Below are positions 39,401 through 53,186 of a DNA stretch of 64,000 nucleotides, piece after piece. Within the stretch, counting starts at the first letter, position 1, and every line of letters starts with the position of its first letter. The notes under the pieces are model-generated. The model did not search any database and had not been told where the DNA came from. It saw only the letters and a program-made list of their open reading frames with translations. This stretch comes from Balanoglossus misakiensis (Eukaryota; Animalia; Hemichordata). The stretch is taken from assembly GCA_040954595.2 (NCBI GenBank), contig CM082581.2, positions 3,154,699 to 3,218,698 on the forward strand, given 5' to 3'. Both the position numbers and the translations under genes were made by a program.

Positions 39401-42400
39401 TAGTAGAATCATTCACTTTGTTGACGTTATAAAACGCTTAGAATCATTTCACTAACAACAAACTGCATCAAACAACTTACTACTGATTCAGCATATGGAT
39501 TCACTGTGCATCATCAGACAGAAAATCCACGGCAATGTCTTGGACAGGGTCCTAAACACTCAACCCTCCGTTTGTGAGTCCGATACCCTCACCACTACGG
39601 TATTCGTATGCTGTCGTCTTACACTGACCAACTCCCATAGAAGCTCCCGTTCAGCCTCCCGTTGCTGCCAGGCCAATCACATTGCACGTTACGTCGATCT
39701 TCACTGAAGGATACATTTCGTTCTTTATTATGTGACTTTACTGGCTCAGTAAAGTAAGAGATTTTGAACGGGAGCTTCTTTGGGACTTGGATGTGGAGTG
39801 GGCGACGGCATAATACTGTACCGCAAAGTAAAAGACGTCGCTGTAGGTGGATGTAGAGTGGGCGACAGCATAATACTGTACCGCAAAGTAAAAGACGTCG
39901 CTGTACCCAACATCTGATTTTAATCAGATTTGGCAATATTATGACTAATAACACTTCAGAAACACTCACCATGCTGGCACGCCTCTCCGAAGTATCCGTA
40001 GTCACACTTGCATCTGTTAACATAAGAAATGTGAACAATTTAGCATTGCATGAGAGCTATCTCTTGATATAAAGTTGAGCAGGAAAGGCATTGTTGGTGT
40101 TGCTGTCATTGTTTTTGCACTTCAACATCTGCCGAATGATGCTAGTTATCTTGAAGTGCTAACTTTAACATTTATAATTATTGTAATCATCTTGTTTTCA
40201 ATATATTCCATTTAATTGTTACCGGAATGTCATTTAATACAAGTTGCAGAATTGTAGTGGTTGTACTCACTTGCTGCCTCGTTTGTTCCCGACGCATCTT
40301 CCATGTAAACATGGTAAATGATTACAGTAGGTCACTATTTCTTCACATTCATCACCAACATAACCTTCCTGACACAAGCAGTCATACCCTCCGTAATTAT
40401 TTACACAATCTCTGTTTCCCCGGCAAGGATTGTTTTCACATTCATCAATATCATCTTGACACAACATCCCTTCATATCCCTCTGTGCACAAGCATGTGAA
40501 TGAATCAATTTCATCAGTACACACACCATTTTGACATGGTGATGATTGACACTCATCGATGTTAACATCACACGTTGCTCCTATGAATAATAAATTGAAA
40601 AGATAATTCTTTTAGACCATTAGTAAAATAATCTAATGTGCAAAACATGTAGCTGGTAGCACATTGTACTTTTGAAATAAATTGATTTAAACACAACAGT
40701 CGTATAAAAAAGTTGTAAGCATATATAGCAAAGAAAGTTTTAACGTTAAATTTGGACAAAAGTTCGAAATTTGTTACAGGGAAAACTCGAATAATTACTT
40801 GAATTCAAAAATACAGAAACGTTAACCTTTAATTAAAAATAGACACACACATACATAAACAGACCACGGGCAACGGCCCTCCTAATGTGGATTGGCGGGC
40901 TCATGGTATTATCTGTAGTACTCACGTAAATTACATATGCTAGAGGTGAGTAATTACATTTCATTGATTGACAATAATTTCAAGACCCATTATAAGTACC
41001 ACACACTTTGTCTCAGACACTTAGGAAACATGAAAAACAGCTAACGGTTCTTCTTTTTTTTTTACATTTCTCAACGTTGTTAGGGGTTTATTAGTACAGG
41101 ATTTTTTATAGGGTTTTGCTTTCAGATCAGACAGTTTTGCCCTTATCGCCTCATTTGATTTGGTGACATAGCATCTCAGCAAAAACGTGCATATTGACTT
41201 ACCTGTGTATCCATCTGTACACTCGCATAAATACCCATTGCCAGTATCCACACACATACCATGTATACATGGCGAATCCAAACACCAATCTTTTTCTTCT
41301 TCACAGTGATCACCCTGGTAACCAACATCACAAAGGCATGTGATATTTCTATCATTTCTATCGCACACTCCATGAATACAGATAAGCTCTTCACAGTTGC
41401 CACAAAGATCACCAGTATAACCATCATCGCACTCACAAAAGTATCCATTTTCCTCATCTGTACAGGTGCCATGGTAACAAGGGGAAGATTCGCATTCATC
41501 TATGTCGACATCGCAATCATCACCAGTATAACCAGGGTAACATTCGCATATGTAGCCATTGACTATATCAGTACATCCACCATAAATGCAGGGATTGGAA
41601 TAACAGTCATCTATGTTGTTCTCACAAAATGTGCCATTAAATCCAGCATGACATGAGCAATAGAAACCATTGACTAAGTCAATACACGAACCGTGTTCAC
41701 AGGGAAATCTGGGAAAACTTAGACATTCATCTACTTCGATGTCACACAATGTCCCCTCAAAACCGGGCCAACAATGACAGACAAATCCATTATTTTGGTC
41801 TGTGCAGTTACCATAGTGACATGGGTTTGATAAACACTCGTCAATCTCAATGTCACACACGTTTCCTGTAAAGCCAGCATCACATTCACAGGTAAATTCT
41901 GCGATTCCATCCACACATCGTCCATTTTGACATGGAGTTGATTGGCAATCATCGATGTCAGTGTCACAATTGTGCCCAGTGTATCCATGGGGACAACTAC
42001 ATTCGTATGCAGATAGGAGATCAGTGCAATTACCGCCATTTAAACATGGTGAGCTGCCACACTCATCGATGTCAATGTCACAAAGTTCACCTTGGAAACC
42101 AGGTGCGCAGGAACATGTGTATCTATTACGCCAAGAAATGCAAGTAGCATTGTTGGTGCAATTATTCATGAAGCAAGAATCCATTTGATACTGGCAGTTG
42201 TCACCATACCACTCATCAGGACATAAACACAAATACGCATCGATCTGAAATAGACAAAGTGGTGACAATATTTCAATGAAATTTGCAAAACCATATTTAA
42301 TGAGCAATGCATGGTCGCCAAAGTGCAAAATATTGCAAATCTAACTATCATTTTCAAATGGGTGTTACATTTCAATTGTGCCAACCAACCCTAGAACTCC

Positions 42401-45400
42401 ATAAGCGAGAATATCCGCATTTGCCCAAAATATGTTGGCAGTGTCTGCAATGACCTTTGACCTAATCTTGGTATGTACATTTTGTTATGTTTATGAATCT
42501 AATTGTTGGCTAACAAATAGGGCTACAGTTTTTGTGTGTGTCTAAGACTCCCTTAATCTGTTACAACGTTATTAAATATTCGTCGGAGCAAAAATCTTCT
42601 ATTTTGAGTGACCTAGCTCGGGTATGACAAACGTCAATGGAAGCACATTGTGATAATTTTACTTACCTGGTCAAGACATGTTGCATTATTTTGGCATGGG
42701 TCTTTTGCACAATCATCAATGTTAATTGAGCATGTTTGTCCCGTAAATCCTGGTAAACAGACACACGTGTAGTTACTAATACCATCAATACATGTGCCTT
42801 GGTTATCACAAGGGTGTTCTAAGCATTCGTCTATATTGTTTTCACACAGTTCACCATTGAATCCATGCAAGCAATGGCAGGAATAGCCGTTGATCTGGTC
42901 AATGCATGTCGCATTATTGTGACAAGGGGAACTCGCACATTCATTAATGTCGATCAGACATGTTTCGCCTTCAAAGCCAGGTGCGCACACACAGAAAAAT
43001 CCACCGACAAAATTTTCACATGTTGCTCCATTCTGACACGGCTGGGTATCACATTCGTTGACTTCAATTTCGCAGTTAATTCCTTCAAATCCGGGCACAC
43101 ATGTACAATTGTACCAGTTGATATAATCATTACATGTTCCATTGTTTTGACAGGGGGTGCTGTAACACTCGTTTATGTCAATTTCACAATTCTTTCCTTG
43201 AAAGCCGGAAGTACATTGACATCTATAATTTGCAACCTCATCTATACATGTGCCGCCATTTTGGCATGGTAGATTTAAACATTCATCTGTTTCAGTTTCA
43301 CATGAATGACCTGTGTAGCCTTCAGCACATGTGCAAGTATATCCAGCGACATCATCACTGCAGGTGGCGCCATTCATACAGGGACTGCTTGCACACTCAT
43401 CAACATCAGTCTCACAGGTGTTTCCATGGTAACCAGCTTGGCAGGAACAAATAAAACCATTGTTGCCATCTGTACAGTGACCACCATTTAAACATGGCGA
43501 GCTTTCACATTCGTCAATGTTGATTTCACAAACTTGACCTGTACAACATGAAATTTTTATGTTTTAACTCATTATACTAACATAGACCAAGCGTTTTTTG
43601 TATGCAAGTGGAGCATAAACTTTCCTTAAAGAATAAAAGTGTTCAAAGACTAAACATGATTGATTACTTTACAAAAGCATGTTGTACCATACATGAAATT
43701 AATAACCCGCATGAAACTGTTTACTGTTTACTATTAAAGCATTTGCGCTCATGAATCATACCAACAATTCCACAAATTAGATTGTATGTACCTAAAACAG
43801 CAATATTAGACTTACTTGAGTGATAAGAAATACTTGAGGTATAAGAAAACAACCCCATCGCAAAAGAGTTGAACAAAATTAATATGAATAGTATATTGCC
43901 TCTGTCACTATAAATACTGAGTATTATATTATATACTCAACATAACACTGCTAAAACAGTCCCTGAACTAGCATGCAGCAGCGAAAATGTGTGGTTAAAC
44001 CACAGTCGCGCAGGGTACAAACCAAATGATTAGAATAAAGACACTTTTGAATTTACGGACGTTTTATTTTGGAACTGCTCTGTGGGAATGCTTGGTACTT
44101 TGTCATGCATTATGCCTGTCTTCTCGCTTTTTGTCGTCTGCTTCGTGTGCTCGATTCTGGGCGCTTGTGTTTACACTCATCGTGCCGAGTTTGGTTAACG
44201 TTTGTAAATACTCTTCCTGGCGCTGTTTCGTTCAGAAAATAATACGGATATGCAACAAAATAAATTGTTGATATATAATATAATTAAGGAATAACCCCCG
44301 CCGTTAGGCGAGTGCTATTATATTATATCAACAATTGATTTTGTGACAAACAACGTCGGAAAAAGTAGTTACGAACGTGAACCAACATGGCGACGATTAA
44401 TGTAAACACGAGCGGCCCGGGATCGAGCATTAAACATGAAGCAGACGACAAAAGCGACAAAAGTGCAAAATATTCAGGGCAGAGCAGTTCCAAAATAAAA
44501 CGTCCCACGGTCCGTAAATTCAAGTGTTTTTATGTTATTCATTTGGTTTAATCCCACGCGACTGTGGTTTATCCGCTCATTGTCCCTGCTGCATGTTAGT
44601 TCAGGGGCCCGTTTTATCACTGCCAGCGCTGGTAAAACAGTATTTTACCATCGCTCTCGTCCAAACAGAATGGTGGACGGTAGCATGGTACAATATAATT
44701 AAACAATAACCCCGCCGCGTATGGTGCTCAAATAGGGCCAAAATTCAAATCGCAATTTCACTCGACTCAAATCGCATTTTCACTCGACTCAAATCGCAAT
44801 TTCACTCAAACCGGGTCCCCTAGCATACTACTAGGAAACATGTGTTGAAAATGAGAGCAGTCGAAAATGAACGTGCGTATTCATAAAATGACTTGTCAGA
44901 ATTCCAGTGGTCACTGATCAGGTTCTTAGGGGGTTCGTACTAAATGGTGCTAGTCTACGAATATGGCTACAGGTACGGAGTTCGTGCGTAACTACCTGTC
45001 GGAAAGTTTGTCCACGATATTTCGACATTTGGACGTTCCAGATTTTAGAGAAGATGTGGCGTCTTGGTGTAGGAGTCTTGCTCGAACTTTTATCACAGTT
45101 ACGTTGGAATGTGCAATGAGCGTGTTGTTCAGGTTGTGGTGGAGGCTCAACATGCACTTGGGCAACTTGAGCACAGTGTGTTACATGTCGATGAATCATA
45201 CCAAGCGCCTTTATTGAACCATGGTACAAGAGGCAGGCCTTCCTTAGACGTACCGGAAGACCAGTTACGGTTCTTAGTTAGAATGAAATTCTCCTCGCCC
45301 AAGGTAGCCACCATGTTAAACGTAGGCCAACGAACAATTCGCCGCCGATTGCGACCCTCTAAGACAACCCGAAAGGACATGGTTAAAATTTTGATGACGC

Positions 45401-48400
45401 GTTCTGACATAAGCATGACGCGTTCTGACGTAGGCATGACGCGTTCTGACGTAGACACGCTTATCAGATCGAAGCGCGTGACAACTGAGAAGTAACCCAC
45501 ACATACACACGCATCGAGTGAAATTGCGATATGAGTCGAGTGAAATTGCGATTTGAGTCGAATTGTGATTTGAGTCAAATTGCGATTGAGTAAAATTGCA
45601 ATTTGAGTGAAATAGCGATTTGAGTCGAGTGAAATTGCTATTTGAATTTTGGCCACTTTTGAGTGCCATAGCCGCGGGCGGGCATACACGAGATTTGGGT
45701 ACAATTAGAGACCTATAGCACCAGTGCTATATGGAGTGAATTGTACCCATATCGAGTGTACACCCGACTGAGGCGGGGGTTATTGCTAATTATATTATAT
45801 CATGTTACCGTCCGCCATTCTGATTGGACGAGAGCGATGGTAAAATACTGTTTTACCACTGCTGGCCAAGAAATTTTCAAGGAGTTGGACCATTGTTGTC
45901 AGAGGAGACGATTATGGAAAATCACACTGTCTGATAAGCTCCGCTTTACTGACAGCGGATTTAATTAAAGGGACAAAGTCTCTCTCTCACTGCCCTTTTA
46001 CCATTAATTATGTTTGATACAAGACACTGTTTATGTTAATGTACATTTGGATATATAGTGAATCAATGATCAACCACACAAAACTTCCATCCCACTTGCA
46101 TGATATGAGAGTAAAAACTCGTCCAAAATGAATAAATGGTAGGTAAAGAACGATTATTCATTTTGGCGATTTTTTTCACTCTCCTGTCTATAAGGGGGAT
46201 GGAAGTTGTGTGTGGTTGAACGTTCATTCACTATATATCAACATGTAGAATAACAAACGGTGTCTTGTATCAAATATAATTAATGGAAAAAAGGGCAGCG
46301 AGAGAGAGACTTTGTCCCTTTAAACAAAGCCGATTTATTAGATTGTTAAAGAATACACACGGCACTGTAAACATCATTACTCTAATATAACAATGTAAGT
46401 TGGTGCTCTAACAAGTCATTTACCTGTAAATCCATCCGTGCATTCACAGTTGAAACTGTTCACAAGGTCCAAGCAATGGGCGCCGTTTTGGCAAGGTGAA
46501 GAAGAGCATTCGTCGATATCCAGATTACATTGCCGACCTGTCCACCCAGAGTGACATATCTTTCGACCTGAGATCTTATGGCAATCATAGTGTCCAGTGG
46601 TATCGTCGCTCGGTACACAGAATGTATCACAGGTGGCGCCATAGTAGTTGTCATCACAATAAACCTTCAGGCTAATGTCAATGCTGTCAGATAAATTATA
46701 GTCAATTAATATGCATTGAATTATGAGTATGAATTATTCATGAAGACAAACTACAGGTATTGATATAGGTTACTTACTGAAATCAACTAAACAGCGACAC
46801 TTGTAATGCCATTCAAACCGTAAGCGTGTAAACTTACCCCCTATTCCTTTGTTTTGTATTGCTCTGTAATTTTATCGGTCGGTTTATTCTTATCAGTGTC
46901 CATATTGCACATTCTTATCCCCCCCCAAAAAAAAAAAAAAATAATAACCCTGTCGTATCATGATGACGTTCATGTTTTAAGGGACATATAGATTCAAATC
47001 CATGTTTGTTTGTCTTTTTAATTTTACCTTTTTCAGATGAACATTGATTTCGCAACGTATGTTATGCTCCTGGCATGGAGTATTTGTCCGAAAGATACAA
47101 GGAAAGCAATGTCCAAGTTTGGTTGTTTATGGGGCAGCATCTAAAGAATACCTCATCAAATTCAATTTTACTTTGACCATTCACAGTACATTAGCACATT
47201 TAGTTCATATCTTGTAATCAGACTGAAGCTAAGCATTTCTGGAGTAGACTGTACGACATTCTGCCATATATTACCTGGAACTTTTCACTCCAGCTATTGC
47301 AGAATCATGCCAGGCAGCCGTAGAACTGCCTCTTGCAGGTGTAATTGCCATCACCGCATCATAAATGTCAATTTTATCATGACCACCCACATCGTCTACA
47401 TCATAGGAAACAGCCTTGAAGCGGATTTCTCCCTGAAAAACAAATCAGTTATTTAGATGGTCAAAACATTGATACCTCTGATGCTTGCAGCTACATATAT
47501 TGACCCTTTGATGCACCATTGCCAATGTATAATCGCCTGCGGTACCTTCGGGCAGAATCATTGGTACCCCTATGCTAATATATTCTCAAAAGCATGCACT
47601 ATGGTCTCACCGTCAAACTATTTGTACTCACTGCCCAATATAATTGGCACGCAATGGTGCTCTCTCTTTCAACAATTACATGTGGTACCCCACATACCAC
47701 TAGACAGCAGCATCACATTAATATTAGCTCTAAAATGTGTATGCAGCGTAAAGATACATGTATGGGATATTTTCATGTTACATATTTCCTAAACATGGTG
47801 TAAATGAATATCTGTGATCTGGAAAGAGCTCCTCGAGTGCGTATATCACTAGAGCTATGTTCATGGGCCTTACAAATAATTGTATCTATTTCATTAATGA
47901 AATAGCTATCAGTTCTGATCTTATACGTATTATTTTGAAGTAGATATTTTCATGAAAACAAGACAGTGAACGCCCAGTATTCTCCTTTGTTTACCAAAAG
48001 ATTCCTCATATGCTCTAATATAGCAAAGAATTGGAAGGTTTTGGTGACTTTTAGAGAGATTTCAGCTAGATGGACCTTGGGAAATGGGAGGGGGGTATTA
48101 TTTTACAAACCTGTCCTTTGGGTTGGTCACAATTTGCAAAACTCGCTCTGGGGAGGGTCACATTTAACATTCGCAAATTTCATAACGAATGCAAACTTTC
48201 AGTGTGTTGTTTTGAGTATTGATGCTATAGCAACTATCAATTTTGTCTACTTGTTCAGAATTTTTGTCCCAAGTATCAATTCTGGTTTATTGTTCTACCC
48301 TGGCAAGCCTGATGAAATGTTCCGTATTCAGGTTTATCTTAACAACTTTTGTTTATGAGTAAATGACCATTGTTATTGTTGACAATTAGACAATCAGGTC

Positions 48401-51400
48401 CAATAATCAATGTCATTCAAGCTAATTACCAGGTCCAAGAGAAAATGAGAACAATTTCAACGCGGGGACCTGGAATCATTGGTAAGTGGTGGGACCAGGT
48501 GTGTCAAGACTTGAAATACATTTTCATCAATAACAATGGTCATTACCACAAAAGTACTTTCATTTGAGAAACTGAAAACCAGCAATTTCACTCTTTTACA
48601 GTGTATAGCAAGACATCAAATTAGATACTTTAAACAAATATTATTAGTACATAGCCGGACATGGCAGTTATTGGGGCTTTAAGAATCTCTTAAAAAGAAT
48701 CCTACAAGAATTTCAATTGCTTACCCGCAGTAAGAGTGTAAATAATCAGATAGCTAAATAGACTTGGATTTTATGCGACTAAACTTATGAAAGTGAATCC
48801 CCGGAATGCCCACAGCAATGTTACTGCGACAATATTCCGTTATAAGCCAGAGGCTATTTCGTACCATTAGCAATATTTAACCCAGCAAACTATACATTTT
48901 CATGACGCTGAGTACCTGAACTGTACCTTTTTCTTTACAAACTTTGTAATCTTTTAGCCAAAACAATCATTTTATGTATTATGTCATTCACAAAAATGTA
49001 ACTTTGAGGCAGGAAGTCACTTTCTAGAAGATACTTTCATTGAAAACAAACAGAAAGATTAAAGTCTTTGTTACCTAATCTTGTTCCTCAACAGTAATTG
49101 AAAGATCAAGGTTGTAAACATTATGAAAATCACGTCTTCAAACATGTATAGAAACAATGGTGAACATTGGAGTATATTTGTTGAACATGCATTCTAGGTA
49201 GTTTGCTAATTTGCTAGTTTGCTAATCCATTACCATGCCATTTGCATAATGGACCGTCTCCGATTTCTCCCCTGTAATTACTTAAGACTCTCTTATTTTT
49301 TCCGAAAGTTTCTTCCGCAGCGCATACTATCTGTGTTCAAATCTGTTGACAAACGTCCCATTTTGGTATGTATTTATATCATGGGACCTTTCATGGAATC
49401 ATTTGCGTCTGTATGTATGGATGTATGTAAAGATGAATGGATGTATGTCTGTATGTCCGTCCACATCAAAAACTTGAAAACCGCTGCGCATGTAACCTCG
49501 ATCTTTGGTGTGCAGATGCATTATGGGCTGTAGATGTGAGTTATTCAAATGAAGTTGTCATTGCCAAAAATATGCAAATTAACTGGGAAAACGTGAAATT
49601 TATCAAAACTCAGAAACTCATCAACTACTCGTCAGATTGTTTTGAAAATTGGTATGCATGTACATTTTGTTAACCTCACACAGTTCTTTATGTTTTGAGC
49701 TAATAGTGTGAATTTTCTATTTTTATCTATTTTTATCCACATTATTGGTACAAAAATCTTCTTTTCTGAAAGTGATATGTTGTCCTGTTTGAAATTTAGT
49801 ATAAAGCTAATACAGGTGATTTCACTTACTATAGATTTGTTCAAATTGTCTAAATTTGCATGTGTGTAATTTTGAGCAATTTTTGGTTAAAAATCTTTAA
49901 CTCTAAAACCGCTTGTCAGATTTTCTTGAAATTTGGTAGGCATTTTCTTAGATGATCTGATGTACCATAGTTTTGTTCGAATCGTTTTAAAATGTGCATG
50001 TTTATAATTTGGCAGCATATATACGATTTGGGAGTTCTTTGCAAGTACTGCTGGCAGAGTGCTCGATGGTGTAAATCCAGAGCTTAATAGTACAGTGTAC
50101 AAGGGAACTAGCGCTGTTTTGACATAGGCGATGTATTACTGTTCAGTTACGTGTAAGCGGGGCCTACACTCGTCAGATACTGATGCCTGAATGACGGAAA
50201 ATGTGGGCAACAGGGAATTAATACTGGGCAGGGTGACAGGGTGAATATGCAAATGGCCCGACGTGTGTATTGATTCGGGCTGTGATATACTCTGTATTAG
50301 ACGTTTTCTAGTGTAAACCCTTAATGGGACCACAGTGTCCTTGACGCCATTTTTCAGAAAATGTGTCCTGCGGCGAATGCTATACTATCTGAAAATTTGT
50401 GAACCAAAAATCACAGCTATTTTTCAAAGAACCCAAAACCTTATTTTCTACAGCAATAAACTGTTTGAAAACAACTTACCGGCCATGGACCAATTGAAAC
50501 CACCAATGGTTGTTGGATGTTAGGAGGTATGACATCCGGGAAATCAAACGAATTTCGATTGGTGTAAATTAAGTTGGTGCGACGATCAAGCACACAGTTT
50601 CCGAAATCCTCTGCTTCCGTACTACAAAACAAACGATAATATACAATGTCATGCTTTGGCGGGTTTAAATATATCAACTTCATAGTCAGTTCCATGTAAA
50701 TATATTCAAATCGTAATCAACAAATAAAAATGTCTCCATAATCATCATAGGCATTAGCATCATGAACACCGCAATCGCCACCACAACTACTGGGGTATCA
50801 TAATCATCATCATCGCCATTTGGTATAGTCCAAAATATTTTTTATGGACAGGATATGTATTTACCTGGAACCAAGTTCAAGGCAAAACACAATTCTGACG
50901 TCACAGTTGCCACCAAAGGGATCACAGCGACTACCATCATAAATTCTTTCGTTTGAATTATCGAAGTGCTGCAAACGTAGTTCAACTCTAGTTGAAGCAG
51001 ATACCAATGTTGCAACGACAGCCTTAGAACATAAACACAAAATAATCGTTATCAGTATTTGTTGTATTAGTCCTGTTTCAAAATGACCTACATTACAGGT
51101 CCTATGCACACGTATTACATGTTCTGATTGGTTTATCCGCTTCTCTAAAGGTCCACTTGCGGCTCGCTGATTGGAGGGACCTTATGTGTTAGGTCTTATT
51201 ACTATGTATTATTCACCAGACCTTGTAGGTTAGGTCTTATTACTATGCATTATTCACTTTACAGCTCCCTGATTGGTTAATGTGTAGGTCTGGTCCTCCA
51301 GTGTTCACTGCCTCATTATGCAGGACCTTGTAGGTTAGGTCTTATTAATATGTATTTATTCACCATACAGCTCCCTGATTGGTTAACGTGTCAGTCTGGT

Positions 51401-53186
51401 CCCCCCAGTGTTCACTGCCTCATTGTGAAATGTCCCATGTGCTTCCTGGCTAGCGTTGTGGTAACACATTATTCGGGGTGTCCGCAGATCGTTCATTGAT
51501 TTTATGAGAAATAGCCTGACTGATACTATCTCCAACATAAACCGCACCCTGGAAAGATTAAACGATCTTTTAGGTGGACTTTGAAAATCTGATTAACTCA
51601 TCTAAGCATTTTAGCTAAGTTGTATATTTTTTTAATCACCCTCCTACTTCTCATCATCAATTTTATTATTGTTGTTATTACTATTTTAAAGTAAATTTGT
51701 TTTGACGAAGATGTTGTGATAAGGAGCACGTTGTCCGTTTATAAATTCGTATATTGTTTTCATAAAATGGAACTGTGATGGTGCAGCTTCGTGAAAGAAG
51801 TACAATAAAAGTAATCATACCTGTAAAGCAACTAATGAGGTATAACAAAGCAATGCAATGCTATTCTAAACATTTCTATGGTACATGTAATCTATTTTTG
51901 GTTTGCTCGAATGAATAGCACACACTTCGTATTCAGCCAGATGTTACACGAAGTGATGCGCTTAAAGGCATTACGTAACAAAACACTAGCCCATTTCAAC
52001 AAACCGCCACTGGAAATAAATGCGAAATTTCTCCTGGCAATTTTTATTTCGAGTATCTAGTTCACAGTTTCACATAAAATGCCATGAATAGTGTGAAGGA
52101 AAATGTGAAATCCAATCATTATATGAGTGCCTTTCTTTATACACTGGGATCAAGCTCAGACAACGCGCAGACAGCATGCCAGACAGAATACGACAACTGT
52201 ATTCAGAAAGTACAAAAGACTTTGCATAACGAGGCAGTGAAAACTGGAGACCTACACATTAACCAATCTGGGAGCTGTAAAGTGAATAATACATAGTAAT
52301 AAGACCTAACCTACAAGGTCTAGTGAATAATACATAATGATAAGACCTAACACATAAGGTCCCTCCAATCAGCGTGCCGGAAGTGGACCTAAGATTACCA
52401 GATGGACCAATCACAGATGTCGGTACATATGTCATGGACCTGACTTATGAAACTGGACTAGTACAACCCCCTCTCAATTTTCAGACAGACAGGTGTAAAG
52501 GGATGGATAGTCCAAATAGCGGAAAGACCACCTCAAGTTACTGATTTCTGTGTTCAATGATATGACAAACATGTTACACTATATTAAATACTGAAGAGAT
52601 CGTCTATGTTTGAATATGTACATATATATCCCAGCTGTAAGTCACTTTCATGGTACTCGATCAGTCGGAAGCAACATTTATGAAAACGATAACCTGATAA
52701 CTCCTCGCGCTAAAGCTTCTCTTGATGTATGAATCAACTGTGATAATTGCCAGTCATTTGGCATGTTATCTACCAAATGTGTGTTCCTTTATACAATAAC
52801 TATGTTGTATTCAGTTACAAATGTTTTGTTTTAGTATGTATTTGTATACATTATCTTTTTGCAATATTTTCATGACTTTATTTTCCAACTTAAATTGGTC
52901 CATCTAAATAAGCTTATTGATAGGTATACATGAACATCTTATCGATTCCCGATTAAGGCAAGGTTCTAAAAGAGGAAGAGCAAATTAAATCAGTCACAGG
53001 TTACTGTACGGCCAAATAGGGACACATGTACATTCAATGAGAAAGAAAGACAGACAGACAAATAAGACAGACAGACTGGCTGGTTGGCTAGCTTACAGCC
53101 TGACTGACTTATTTACTTAATGAAAGTATACATGAATGGCTTACCATGAAGTATGCGACTAATGTGAACAATAATAGATTCGCCAT
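36439..53186 (-). CDS. Notch-ligand-like type I membrane protein: signal peptide, MNNL/C2, DSL, 21 EGF repeats (mostly Ca-binding), juxtamembrane domain, TM, short tail; about 1170 aa
   Basis: Exons (minus) 53186-53145, 51022-50865 (VELRLQHFDN..GSRCD...CDVRIVFCL), 50621-50480, 47432-47275, 46683-46424 (DSL CDDNYYGATCDTFCVPSDDTTGHYDCHKISGRKICHSGWTGRQC + EGF1), 43538-42667, 42244-41203, 40580-40271, 40013-39970, 39349-39178, 38942-38762, 37885-37791 (TM WYIPVAIIVVVIAIVSLVVLISY). All are GT-AG and phase-consistent. The last exon (36475-36439) is tentative. Confidence 0.88.
39789..39905. repeat. ~59-bp direct tandem duplication (intronic)
   Basis: ggatgt.gagtgggcgac.gcataatactgtaccgcaaagtaaaagacgtcgctgta occurs twice. 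Confidence 0.9.
43940..45870. mobile_element. Compound foldback / inverted-repeat element(s) hosting the IS3EU insertion
   Basis: About 43945-44280 is a diverged inverted copy of about 44320-44620. About 44620-44715 is inverted at about 45770-45868. Confidence 0.7.
44720..45670 (+). mobile_element. IS3EU-type non-autonomous DNA transposon with a transposase HTH remnant
   Basis: TATGG...CCATA termini with imperfect TIRs; 6-bp TSD GCCGCG (44714-44719, 45671-45676); inverted subterminal repeats aaatcgcaatttcactcgactc. Internal ORF GRPSLDVPEDQLRFL..MKFS..KVATMLNVGQRTIRRRL is truncated by 21-bp tandem repeats. Confidence 0.8.
45969..46319. mobile_element. Palindromic MITE with TTAA target site (Kolobok-like)
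   Basis: TTAA|agggacaaagtctctctctc...gagagagagactttgtccct|TTAA; the arms are inverted along almost the whole length. Confidence 0.85.
51061..52467. mobile_element. Long-TIR (about 240 bp) foldback element in DSL-gene intron 1
   Basis: About 51061-51300 is the diverged reverse complement of about 52243-52467, with internal ggttaggtcttattactatg repeats. Confidence 0.75.

Noticed and set aside
39480-39703. Extra exon of the DSL gene
   Set aside because: It has splice-like ends but stops in all three frames, and the flanking exons join in phase without it.
41021-43377. Calling the EGF ORFs Notch or fibropellin
   Set aside because: No LNR, ankyrin, CUB or avidin domains; upstream exons encode MNNL and DSL.
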